DNA of 64,000 nucleotides from Paraspadella gotoi (lineage: Eukaryota > Animalia > Chaetognatha), in NCBI GenBank assembly GCA_051294375.1, contig CM119266.1, forward strand, positions 17,974,087 to 18,038,086. The letters are read 5' to 3'. Position numbers and translations under genes: made by a program. Below the pieces are notes generated by a model that saw only the letters and a program-made list of their open reading frames with translations, was not told the origin of the DNA and searched no databases. Below are positions 52,040 to 64,000 of this stretch, piece by piece (position 1 is the first letter of the stretch; each line of letters begins with the position of its first letter).

Positions 52040-55000
52040 TCATCCTAAACACAACAGGCAGCAGCAGCAAATGACGCAAAACGGCATGCCCGTGCAGCAG
52101 CACATGCACATCTGATTGCGTTAATAAAAAAAAAAAAGAATTTGGCATTGAAATCATTAATGCAATAATAATGATTTTACTTACTATAAACCAAATAGTG
52201 ACGATTCCTAGCCCTGCCGCGCCTCCTTCACTATGGCTGTGTGTAGTTTGTTGTACGACCACCTGCAATCATTGGGTTTGGGATATTTCCTTATGGTTTT
52301 CTTTGAGTGTTATCCTTTGCTTTAATTTTTGACCTTATATAAGCTATACCGCCGCTTATGTTTTCAAAAAACATTTTTAGAAAGATCAGTTATATTTTTC
52401 TCTACAAAATTGATTCAACGGAATCTATACTATTTTTTGTTGAACATTTGGAATTGATTTAAACTTACTAAAGTTACCGAAAGGAGAGAAGGTCGCCCAG
52501 CCTCTCTGATAGTATGGATAGCCACACACTTAGTGTGCCCAGTGGATTTAGGAAATTTTTCCTTCAGTTGCTTTGCTTTCCAGAACTTAAAATCCGGCGC
52601 TAGGCTTGCTACCGTTGGTTTAACCGGCCCATCACTCTTTTGCCCGTTCCGACCATTGGGTTCGGAGATGAAGCTTTAGCCCAGTGCGCTATTACGGCGC
52701 TGATGGAAGGAACTGTCGTATTTAACGGGTAGTGATATTACGACACTACATTACTTTCAGTTGCGATTTGTGTATTGAACTTTTGATTATTATTATAAAT
52801 CGGCCTTAATATTTATTTGTACTAAACTTTCTCCTTTGATACAGATCACTAAGCTCATAATCTAAGTACCCTAAAATCTTACTGTTATGCCAAAGTTTAT
52901 TAAGTTTCTGATTTTAACCCTTTTGGATTTTCTTTAACTTATATTAATAGATATTCACTGTTCCTAAAAGGACGATAAAACATCTCGAAACATATGTAAT
53001 GAGATATTTTATGATTCAAAATAAGATATTAATACGATGATATTAATATATATTGATATATATTAATTATACTTCCTGATCTTGTAGTAACAACTAGTGC
53101 TACGCAAGTCGGGGGCCATGATATTTAGCTTTCAAAATAATTGGTGAGGAACCAAAACATATCACTATCAAAATAATAGTTTTTTCTTTAAATAATAAAA
53201 CATTTTTTAAATTTAATACTATATATTACACAAATGTAAGGATATGCAAAAGACAGCATTCTTGTTAAAAAAATTTTAAAAAATTATCTTTTGATTTGAC
53301 AAAGCTTTAATTGACATTGTTGTGATATGAATCTTTTGTGGCATTTTGTTTATCAATTACATAAGGGTTTTTGGGTAGGTTCCGCTTACAAACATTGCAT
53401 TAAGAAAAAAACTACAAAACTACAAAACACAAATTGGGCCAAACTAGGGATTGGTTAAAATCATCTTCACCCGTTTCTAATGATAAAAGAGTACCTTTTT
53501 GGCAACTTTTATGAAAAAAATTGGAGTACTTTTTTGTCCATTTTCACTTTCGTCCTTATATTTGAATGGCAAGGATAGTTGAATTTTTTTTTTTATTTCA
53601 TCCTCTTTACCACTGGGTAAATTTATTTGATGAAATCATTTATAGTTTACCTATGAATTAATTTTAAAGTTGACAAGTCAAAAAGTTGCATTTTCAGTTT
53701 TTATCATAATTTGTTAAACTAAATTCGTTCAAATTGGTTTAAATTAACAGAAAATATAGCTTATTGAATAAGCTTTTAACACCTACAAAATTATAAAAAA
53801 ATATTTTTTGGTTTAGCTACAATTTTTAAAGACGATTTTTAATTTGTGCCTTTTTGTGACTTGAAATTATTTTTGATAAAAAGAATATTTTTAACTTATT
53901 TATTAATTTTAAAAGATGAATTACGTACTGATGTTGATAAAACAAAAAAATGGCATCCTTTTAATCCAATGGAGAGCGTCAGGATATAATTTTCTCAGAA
54001 TCGACAAGATTTTGCGATTTTTTTTCCCCAAAATTGTGTTGATTTATTAAATCTGCTAGGTGACCAAAATTGAAATAAAATCGTTCATTACCATTAATTT
54101 TTTTTATTTTTATTGATTTGGTTTAAAATAAACGTAGAAAATAAGTTAGAGGGAAGAAAAAAGGGAGAACGGGAAAAAGCAAATGAAAAAAATGAGGGAA
54201 TAAAGGAAAAAAAAAGGCAAGGGGGATAAAAATAAAGAGATAAAGGTAAGGTGGGAATGTCACTCGTTCCGTGTAATGTGACGAAAGAGCATTATGGAAA
54301 AACTAACCAAATTTTCCGCTGAATAACGTGGCCAATTATGAAAGAAAAGTGATGAATCAAATTCTAAGGCTTTTTTTTTTCAGTAAAATATTAATAAGTT
54401 GTCCCGTAAGATTTTATTAGGGACGAGCGAATCGTTTCTTTACTGACTAAAAAATAGTCTCGTATCTCTCCAAATTATGACGGTCAAACAAAAGACCGAT
54501 CAAACTATATCATTAGGAATTTTAAGCGAATCTGATTAAGCTTAAAAGGGTATTATAAAAAAAACAATGGTAACAGATATTGTGGTGTCTCGCCTGAAAA
54601 GTTTTGTGCAAGTAAAGACCCGAAAATTATTTTGTGGAATTCGTTCTTTAAAAGTTTTCTGTACCATGAAAATTCATACATACATTTTTTAAAATTAAGC
54701 AGTTAATAAGATTAGATTGAAAGTCATTGAAGAAATCATGTCTTACCGTATTTTTAACCCATAGAAATTTACCTGGAAAGTACTACGTCATAAGAGGAAG
54801 AAAACTATAGCCTAACGTTTTTTTGAATGATAAAAGCTTCATACTTAACATTGAGATCATAAAAAATGCGAGTAATTAAGTTTCAGATTCCATTGTCTAA
54901 AAGATTCTGATTGTAAGCGGAACCTTTAGGAAACGGCATTTTATTTGCTTCAAATTCGTGGAATTATCCATATATATTAGGCCTTAGCAAATTTTAAAAA

Positions 55001-58000
55001 GTTTTTTACAGAATTTTAGCACTATAGTACAAATTAGTCCCCTATATGCTACTAATTTTTTTCTATCTTTGTTTTTGAAAAATCGATCAATAAGTGCTTG
55101 CAACTCTTCAAAATTTGCAAAAAAACGTTTTTTTCATTAAAAATGATAGATATCTTAAAAAATATCAGTCGGAATCAAATTTAACCTGCGTCAATTTAAA
55201 GAGCGCGAAAAATACTTCATTTTACATACTTTATTTTAAAATCCAAAAAATACTTTTCCAATTATTGATGTTAAAAAACCGAATTCTCGGCATTTTTAAG
55301 TCACATTTTTTTATTTTCCTTTATAACTTTAAAAATAATATAAAATAAGGTATAAAACAGACTAAATCCTCTAGAGTAAACATTGGGCTTTCTATTGCGC
55401 TAAATAGGTATTAGTTTTTTAATTTTTGTTCAGGAGCTATGAATTGTTAAATCTTGAAAAAATTTTTAAAAAATATTTATTTATTATTTTTTGCTGTTGC
55501 TTTTAATTTGAATGTTTATATATCTATCATTATCTACAAAACATAAGCTTTAATTTGAGACCTCTCCCAACTTTTTACGATTTTTCATTATTGAATTATA
55601 CGTAAAAATAATTTAAAAAAAAAAAAAGATTAATCAATTAGTACTTTCAAATGGAATATTTTTTTAAAATAAAGTACAAAATACAGTTCTACTTATAAGG
55701 CTTTAAAACAAATGTTTAAAATAAAAAATAATATAAAATTATAATAAAAAAATAAATAAAACAGATTATTAACTTTATTTTATTATAAAAAATATATGAT
55801 GTTTAATTAACTTAATCTCAAAAAATAACAGGATATATATATATATATTAGTTGAGTATTTTAATTCCAATCTCATATCCAGCTTTTAATAGTAATAATA
55901 TTTGTTATTATTTATGAAAAAAAATATTTAAAAAATAATAATAATACAGTAGCTCACTCAATATTTGATAATATTATTAATAAAAAATGTTCCAAAATAT
56001 TAACAAGTATAATAGGCTCCCAAAAATATCCTACTTTAGGAAAAGTGTTAGTTCTCGCAAAGTTTCTTATTCCAATTTTAATAAAAAAAACGAATATCAC
56101 AATGAAAATTTTTTCAGGTTGTGATTTATGGACTTTCCACGCCACTTTATGTGGCGTACCACTTCCGGTTCAAAAATAGCTGTTGTTTTTTGAAATAAAA
56201 TGGTTCTAGAATAAAATTAGTTATTTTTAAGCTTTTCTGGTTAATTATACATAGTTCTAGATATTTTAATTTTTTTTATAAATTATATGTATACATGTAT
56301 ATTACTAAAATTATTAAATACATTAATATTTCAGAACTTAAAAAAAAGGAAATAATTGCATTTTTGATAGATTTTTCTAATACTATTCTTTTTGAATTTA
56401 AGTTAACAATAATTCTACTGTTATGTTTATTATTCATATATGTTTTTTAATATTATTTTATTAGTAAATTGAATCTATAATAACCTCGAGGGTGGCGCCC
56501 ATTAGCCTTGCTAATAACAATAATAAGACACGGTAGAGCAGAGAGGATGTGAAAGAAACAAAAAAAGTGCCATCTCTGAAACCTATAAAATCTTAAAGTA
56601 TACCCATGAGACACTTAATGTGGTAGGTCAGTAAAATTTGATAAAGGCAGGTGTTTTTTTTAATGCTCATTAAAGTTTTGAAAATTTTGTATAAAACTTT
56701 TTAAATAGTTTAGTGAAAATGCTTACAATTTTAATGTCTATATGTCTATACATCTATCATTATCTACAGAGCATAAGCTTGTAGAAAAATTTGTGAGTAA
56801 TTCACAAAGAACTTTGACGCTGATGAAGGCTCAAATTGTGAGCCGAAACATTGTTCGTCTAATAATAAAATTGTTGCAAATAAATTATTCGTCTCCATAA
56901 AAAGCTCTTAAAATTTGATACGTCATATAAAAAGTAAGAATTATTCTATACTTTTGAAAACAGGTTATTATTCTGGATATCTACTTAAATTACATATTTG
57001 TAAGGTAGTTTTTAAAAAAGTACTCACTATGGCTATGCTATGGCTAAACCCTGTAGCTTTAGTCAAACTACTACTTTATAGGATTGGGAATGAAGATAAA
57101 GTGGGTAAATATTCTAAAATTAAAGATCAGGAAAACGATTTTAACATTTTTAATGATATATTTTTTAAAAAAATAATTTTTTTCGTAAATAATAACAAAT
57201 ATTATTGCTATTAAAAGCTGGATATGAGATTAAATTAAAACACTCAACTACTATATACATGTTATTTTATTTGAGATTAAGTTTTAATTAAACATCATAT
57301 ATTTTTTATAAAAATTAAGTTAATAATCTGTTTTATTTATTTTTTATTATAATTTATATTATTTTTTTATTTTAAACATTGTTTTAAAGCCTTATAAGTA
57401 GAACTGTATTTTTGTATCTTTATTTTTTAAAAAAATATTCCATTTGAAAGTACTAATTGATTAATCTTTTTAAAAAAAAAATTATTTTTACGTATAATTC
57501 AATAATGAAAATCGTAAAAAGTTGGGAGAGGTCTCAAATTAAAGCTTATGTTTTGTAGATAATGATAGATATATAAACATTCAAATTGTAAGCACACAGC
57601 AAAAATAATAAATAAATATTTTTTAAAATTTTTTTCAAGATTTAACAATTCATAGCTCCTGAACAAAATTAAAAAACTAATACCTATTTACGCCAATAGA
57701 AAGCCCAAGGTTACTCTAGAGGATTTAGTCTGTTTTATACCTTATTTTATATTATTTTTAAAGTTATAAAGGGAAAATAAAAAAATGTGACTTAAAAATG
57801 CCGAGAATTCAGTTTTTTAAACATCAATAATTGGAAAAGTATTTTTTGGATTTTTAAAAATAAAGTATGTAAAATGAAGTATTTTTTCCGCTCTTTAAAT
57901 TGACGCAGGTTAAATTTGATTCCGACTGATATTTTTTAAGATATCTATCATTTTTAATTGAAAAAAACCGTTTTTTTGCAAATTTGAAGAGTTGCAAGCA

Positions 58001-60721
58001 CTTATTGATCGATTTTTCAAAAAACAAAGATAGAAAAAAATTAGTAGCATATAGGGGACTAATTTGTACTATAGTGCTAAATTCTGTAAAAAACTTTTTA
58101 AAATTTGCTAAGGCCTAATATATATCTATTTATTCGGAATAAAAAAATTAGGACTCATTGGTCGTTTTTTAAGCCCAACGACCTGCACTAGACCTTGCCA
58201 TATATGAAAAGTTTTTAAATCAAAAAACGAGTATTGTGTATTGAGTATTGTGCCCATACATCATGTGAATTTTTTGAACATTTTTTTTTTTCAAAAAAAA
58301 ATTTACAGTAAATGCTGCCAACTTTGAAAAAATTGAAAAAAATAGTAAAAAATGGACTTTTTGTTAAATATCTTTAAAAGCTTTATTGCTAGAGGGACGA
58401 AACCCAAACTATCTTGTAGAGCAGAAAAAATTGACTGTTACATACCTCGCATTATAAATTAAGTTAATTTTTTACTAAGGAAAATTTTTTTTAAAACCTA
58501 TTGTTTTGGGCAATTTTTGATAAAATTTTTAAAAAATGATATTTTTAACAATGTTCCTGAAATATTTTGTAAAAAGAATTACGGCGAATTGAATAAAGAA
58601 ATAATTGCCTTTGTTTTGCTGAAAGAATTTTTAAAAAAGGATATCGGTTAAAAAGTTATAATTTTTTTAAATTTAAAAAAAATCATTTTTCTTAATAATT
58701 ATTTTTATTTAATAGGTTTGAACTAGGCTAAAGGGAAAAAGGGAATATACTTTTTTAGAGTAAATAAAAAAATAGTAAATTCTGATTTGACAATGGGTAA
58801 CTTTAATATTTTGTCTCACCAGGTCATTAAATTTTTTGTAAATTTTTATCATTTTATAATGAAATTATGACTTTTAAATAAGGTAGTTTTTTAAATTTTT
58901 TTTCTATATAAAAGAAAAAGAAAAATTGACAAAAGTGATTTAATGATTAAAAATTGATAAAATGAGACAAAAAGAGTAAAATTAATGAAAGTTAAACAAC
59001 TGAGTGAAGAGATGCTTGCTGCTTACCGATTGAGAAAAAAAAGTCATCATCTAGAGTGCCAAAGAAAGAAAACTAGTTATTCTATTTTTTTATAAATTAC
59101 CTTTGTCAAGCTAGTTCTCCAGAACTGAGTTGAATTATAATTTGTGTTAAATATATTGCTTAATCAAAAGTTGTAAAAGACTTGGAAAAATATATTAAGC
59201 TTGCTTGATTAATTTAAGAATAGATCCAACTTGTTTATAAAAGATATGAAATGAATAAAAATCAAAGATGAATTAAAAATTATATTTCAAAACTAAATCA
59301 ACTATTTACAATAGACTTAATTATTAACTATAAATCATGAATAGATAATAAAAAAATAGAATAACTAGTTTTCTTTCTTTGGCACTATACCTTTTTTTTC
59401 TCGATGGGCAAGCAGCAAGCAACTCTTCACTCAGTTGCTTAACTTTCATTAATTTTACTCTTTTTGTCTNNNNNNNNNNNNNNNNNNNNNNNNNCATTTT
59501 ATCAATTTTTAATCATTGAATCGCTTTGTCAATTTTTCTTTATATTTATATAGAAAAAAATTAAAAAAATACCTTATTTAAAAGTCATAATTCATTATAA
59601 AATGATAAAAATTAAAATAATTATTAAGAAAAGTGATTTTTTTTTTAAATTTAAAAAAATTATAACTTTTTAACCGATAATCCTTTTTAAAAAATTCTAT
59701 CAGCCAAAACAAAGGCAATTATTTCTTTATTCAATTCACCATAATTTTTTTTACAAAATATTTCACGAGCTTGGTTAAAAATATCATTTTTTAAAAATTT
59801 TTATCAAAATTGCCCAAAACAATAGATTTTAAAAAAAATTTTCCCTAGTAAAAAACTAACTTAATTTATAATGCGAGATATGTAACAGTCAATTTTTTCC
59901 GCTCTGCAAGATAGTTTGGGTTTCGTCCCTCTAGCAATCAAGCTTTTAAGATATTTAACAAAAAGTCCATTTTTTACCATTTTTTTTCAATTTTTTCAAA
60001 GTTGGCAGCATTTACTGTAAATTTTTTTTGGAAAAAAGTGTTCAAAAATTCATATGATTATGGGATTGGGCACCTTTTACACAATACTCGTTTTTGATTT
60101 CAAAACTTTTCATATATGGCAAGGTCTAACCTGCACCCTAAACCTTAATTACGCAACCCGCACCATTTGGTATTTTTGACTCACCGTCTGATTCTTGTTC
60201 TTGCCATCCTTGCCCGTCTGGTTGATGCTCTGTTCTTCCCTTTGCCTTTGCCTTTGCCTTTTTCTTGCTCTTGTTGTTGTTGATGTTATCGTCGACGTCT
60301 ATGGTGACGGACGGCGTCCCTCTTTCCGATTTTTGCCACCGGTCCGGAACGTCCGGCTCGACCGCCGCGGCGACTGCGGCCGGGGTTGTTGGTGTTCCTG
60401 TTGTGGATCGCCGTCGCCGTCATCGTATTCGCCACCGTTTTCATCGTCGAATTCGTCGGTAGCTGCTGCTTTCGTTGTCGTCCATCTTATCCTTCCTGTC
60501 TTCGGAGGCTCCTCCGTCGACACCGACGCTTTCGGGGTCTTGACTAACGACGCTGCCTTCTTCGGTTGCGTTGTTGGCGTTATTGTTCGCGTTCTCGATT
60601 TTCTGATTCTCCAACTTCTGATTCTCGGTCTCCAATCCTGGTTCTCATTTTCCAATCCTGATTTTCGTTCTCGTTTTCGTTTTCGATCAATTCCCAAAGC
60701 GTCGGCCTTAATTTTCGACAT
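52040..60721 (-). CDS. Putative tail-anchored CYSTM-like protein: acidic/Asn-rich exon 60721-60185 (with apparent indel errors) spliced to exons 52262-52185 and 52111-52040
   Basis: Exon 1 ends ..SINQTGKDGKNKNQT|GTGAGT (phase 0), joining CAG|VVVQQTTHSHSEGGAAGLGIVTIWFI|MCMCCCTGMPFCVICCCCLLCLG*. The long-range join is inferred; the two short exons are well supported. Confidence 0.6.
53377..54925. mobile_element. Non-autonomous DNA transposon with 15-bp TIRs
   Basis: aggttccgcttacaa 53377-53391 and ttgtaagcggaacct 54911-54925. Confidence 0.55.
54980..58115. mobile_element. Foldback-like element with ~950-bp inverted arms, TA-flanked
   Basis: TA|ggccttagc...gctaaggcc|TA; arms ~54980-55930 and ~57160-58115; another arm copy at ~42610-43172. 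Confidence 0.85.
56816..56859 (+). ncRNA. Intact minimal type I hammerhead ribozyme
   Basis: gacg-CTGATGA-a-ggctca-aattg-tgagcc-GAAA-cattgt-T-cgtc: 4-bp stem I, 6-bp stem II, GUU triplet. Confidence 0.85.
58191..60126. mobile_element. Second foldback-like, nearly fully palindromic element, TA-flanked
   Basis: TA|gaccttgccatatatgaaaag...cttttcatatatggcaaggtc|TA; arms pair inward to ~59090/59350; contains an N gap at 59470-59494. Confidence 0.85.
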
Positions 60722-61734
60722 GAAAATGAATTGCGCGGTGATTTTTAACTTAATTGTCCATTAAGCGTAGTAAAATTTCTAAATTTAACTTTAATTAAAA
60801 TTCTAAAAGTGAGGAACCAACGACATTATACTAATGAACATTTATGTATAAAAAATATTTATAATAAATTTACAATTTACGCAAGTAGGCCATATTTATG
60901 CTAGACTAATCCAATAAATGTTAAAATTTCAAAACAGTTTTTTTCTAAGATTTTTTTGCAGAGTTGGATTCGTCATAAAAAGTTGATAAAAAGAAATATA
61001 ACTCTTTTTGAAAAATTCCTTCATTAAGTGGGTCAAAATTAGAAAAAGCTATATTTTAAGCTGAAAATAACTTTTTATTATATTAAATATAGTTTTTAAA
61101 AATTTTTATCCCACTTAATGAAAGAATTTTTAAAAATGATTTATATTTTCTTTTATCAACTTTTGGACGAGGAGTTCAAATCTGCAATTAAAATTAAGAA
61201 AAGCTATTTTGAAATTTTTTCGATTTTATAAGGATAGTACTATATATAAAATAGCCTACTGCGAAAATTAAAAAATATAAATTTTTTTTTCAAATTAATG
61301 TTCACTTATGGTATGTTGTTTATAATTTATAATATGACACAATAAATTTTAATTTATAATTTATAATATGACACAATAAAAGTCAACGTGGCGAAGCTTA
61401 CTCATGCAAAATTTAATCATATTTCCTAATCTGTAAGCCAAACTTGAAGCTTTACATTAATAATACCTTTACTTTACTATAACTCTCGCTTATCTACAAA
61501 CAAGTTTGAGCAAACAATGTCGGATCTGCTTAGTATAATTGAGCGGTAATTAGCTAATCAGAATATAAATCACGATAATTCTTTTTAATTTTCAATCCTA
61601 ACTGATCATAACAGATCATACCATACCAAACCAATGTTGCGCCAATACATGTAAATCGCTTGCAAGGGATTAAACTGAAGTGTTACTATGGTACAAACAA
61701 ATATTTTTTAACTATTATTTTTTTCACTGGGTCA

Positions 61735-61995
61735 TTTTTTTCAACTTGCATCTTTTTTCAACTTTATCATTTTTTCAACTTTTATCATTTTTCTTCAAAC
61801 TTTTATCATTTTTTCAACTTTTATCATTTTTTCAACTTTTATCATTTTTTCAACTTTTATTCATTTTTTCAACTTTTATCATTTTTTCAACTTTTATCAT
61901 TTTCAACTTTTATCATTTTTTCAACTTTTATCATTTTTCAACTTTTATCATTTTTCAACTTGTATCATTTTTTCACTTGCATCATTTTTCAACAT
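61735..61995. repeat. AT-rich ~18-19-bp tandem repeat (TTTTCAACTTTTATCATT)
   Basis: About 13 visible tandem units. Confidence 0.9.
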
Positions 61996-64000
61996 GTATT
62001 GTAAACATGTATGTATATTTTGCAGAGGAAGGATTTAGCCTGCCGTTCATTCTCCTCTTCCTCTTCTTCTTCTTTCTCCTTCCTCCTTGCCCCTCAGTAT
62101 ATTTTGTTCTAGCGATACATTCTCTCGTTTTTACTCTTCCCAAAATATACCATTATTTTCCCTCTATTTCCTCACGCCTTCATTACCCTCAAGTTTTGAA
62201 AACAGTTTGACTACAACTTCTGCCACCATAAACATTTCTTAAAAAAATAGGAAAAAAGCATTTTGGAAAAAAAAGATTTTGAACACTTGTTAATTTTAGA
62301 TCTGGAAATAGGGTACGAATTGTGCATTTTCAAAAAAAATCAGCTGAAGCTATTTGATTTTTTGACAATCTTTTTTTTTTATATCTTTTATTTTATAGTA
62401 GAGATAAAATTCTCAGTGAGCATAGGTCAGTTCATTTTTTTATTTTTAAAAAAAATATTTAATATTTTTTCTTTTAAGTTAATAAATTTTCATAGATAAA
62501 TCATTAAAATTTTTAAAAAGTTGTATTAATGACCTTTATCTAACTTTTCAAGCTTTATCAGAATCAGTTTAAAAAAATTAAAATTTTAAAAAAAAATTTG
62601 TATTATTGTATAAGTTATAATATAAAAATAGCATCCATGCGTATAGATAAATCTTGAATTTTTTTTATTTCACGATCTTTAATAAACACATTAACACTAA
62701 CATTGGCATTGGCATTTTCAAAGCTTAATATATAATTTAATGATAAAAAATAACCCTAAACCTAGTTTTACATGTTTACTTATCAGTATCACTTTCGTTG
62801 CTGGCTTCTGTATCATTTTCCTTATATTAAGTAATCCTAATCGTGAATAACAATTTATGTTAGAGCGATACATTTATAATGATTGCTATCCTCTCGTTAT
62901 TTAACACAAGGTTCTTTTTAAAGCTATTTATCAGAAAAAAACTTCAATATAATTATATATTTGGCCTATTTGTCACAAGTTAAAGAATTCTGAGAGGTAT
63001 CCTAACCAGGAGTAAAGTTCACGAGAATGCGGGAAAATAATATATTGATGTCAGGAAAAAATCTTAGCTAAATTAAACGCCTTAATATTTTATTAAATTA
63101 ACTTAAAAATTATTTATCCGCAACATCAAAATTTATTTTTAGCCCAAAAGACAAACACGGTTTCCTTTACATCGATTTAATCGGCATGGAGTGCACAAGA
63201 ATGAGATGTCCCGGGATACGTTTCCGGACTTTGGGCTACACAAAAAAAGGGTAAACAATTTTTCCTAATGACAGTTTTTTTATAAATTAATATTGAAATT
63301 AGCTATATAAATCAATAAAGTAGAATAAAAAAAATTAAAAAATGGTTTAAATTTTTTTAAAATGAAAATATCATGCATCAATCCATAAATCTATGAACAA
63401 TTTTCTTTCGTTTGAGTCCATAACATTATTCTATCTTTAATATTTTATTTGTAATTAATTTTTCTTTATTAAAATATTATTTTAATTTTTTTTCAGGTAA
63501 TTTAAATTAAAAAAAATTATACTATGCAAATGATAGAAAAAAAATTTTATATTATAAGGGACTTACCTACCTAATATAGGCTTTCAAATACATATATAGT
63601 AAGTTTATTATGATTATGTTTGATATAGAAAATAAAATTTAAATAATTAAATATATGAAAAAATTGATAACTTTGAATTTTTTTAGCATAATAAACATAA
63701 TTTTTTAATTATTTGTTCATGATGCTTTTAATAGCTACTGGTCAGTTGTATCCTTTTCAATTATAATAATTGATAACTTCTTTTTTTTTAGTAATACTGA
63801 CTGCTATATTTACTTACCTTTTGACAAATCCAAAATTACTGATATTTAAAAATTAGTATGAAACAGACAAAAACTTTTTTTTAAATCAGATGCTATTTAA
63901 TTTTTTGAGTGATATTATATTATCCTTGGACAAAATTTAAAAAGTTTTAAAACAATCTCAACTCGGCATTTTTATAGCCAAAAGTTAGGTTGTTTAAAAA

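Noticed and set aside
52965-53005. Additional hammerhead (cgaaacatatgta)
   Set aside because: The CUGANGA strand is too degenerate and stem I is absent.
60195-60764. 189-aa hydrophobic + strand ORF
   Set aside because: It is the antisense shadow of the acidic minus-strand exon, which has an ATG and a GTGAGT donor.
61660-62210. Phe-rich ORFs
   Set aside because: Translations of an AT-rich tandem repeat.

Overview
Eukaryotic (invertebrate animal-like) genomic DNA with GC/CpG-rich exons in very AT-rich, transposon-filled introns, and two N gaps. The + strand carries a co-oriented run of genes: 3' part of a NuMA/Mud-like gene, RPB5 (POLR2E), COMMD4, a BTB-BACK-Kelch gene, an intronless orphan ORF, Lines (LINS1), MTF-1 and a disordered unknown protein. 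The - strand carries a gene, absent from the ORF track in its correct frame, that ends in a duplicated two-exon Cys-rich transmembrane (CYSTM-like) cassette. Main points for follow-up: (1) RPB5-COMMD4-Kelch-orphan spacing with apparently unpaired 3' splice sites, suggesting a trans-spliced operon; (2) six dispersed minimal type I hammerhead ribozyme cores (two intact, one with weak stem I, three decayed); (3) a non-autonomous DIRS-like element with ITRs and a centrally placed ICR; (4) frequent AAG/GAG splice acceptors; (5) a tRNA-headed SINE with a twister-like motif; (6) coding minisatellites in Lines and MTF-1. Gene models were built by eye, family calls come from remembered motifs rather than searches, and parts of the assembly appear to have 1-bp indel errors.
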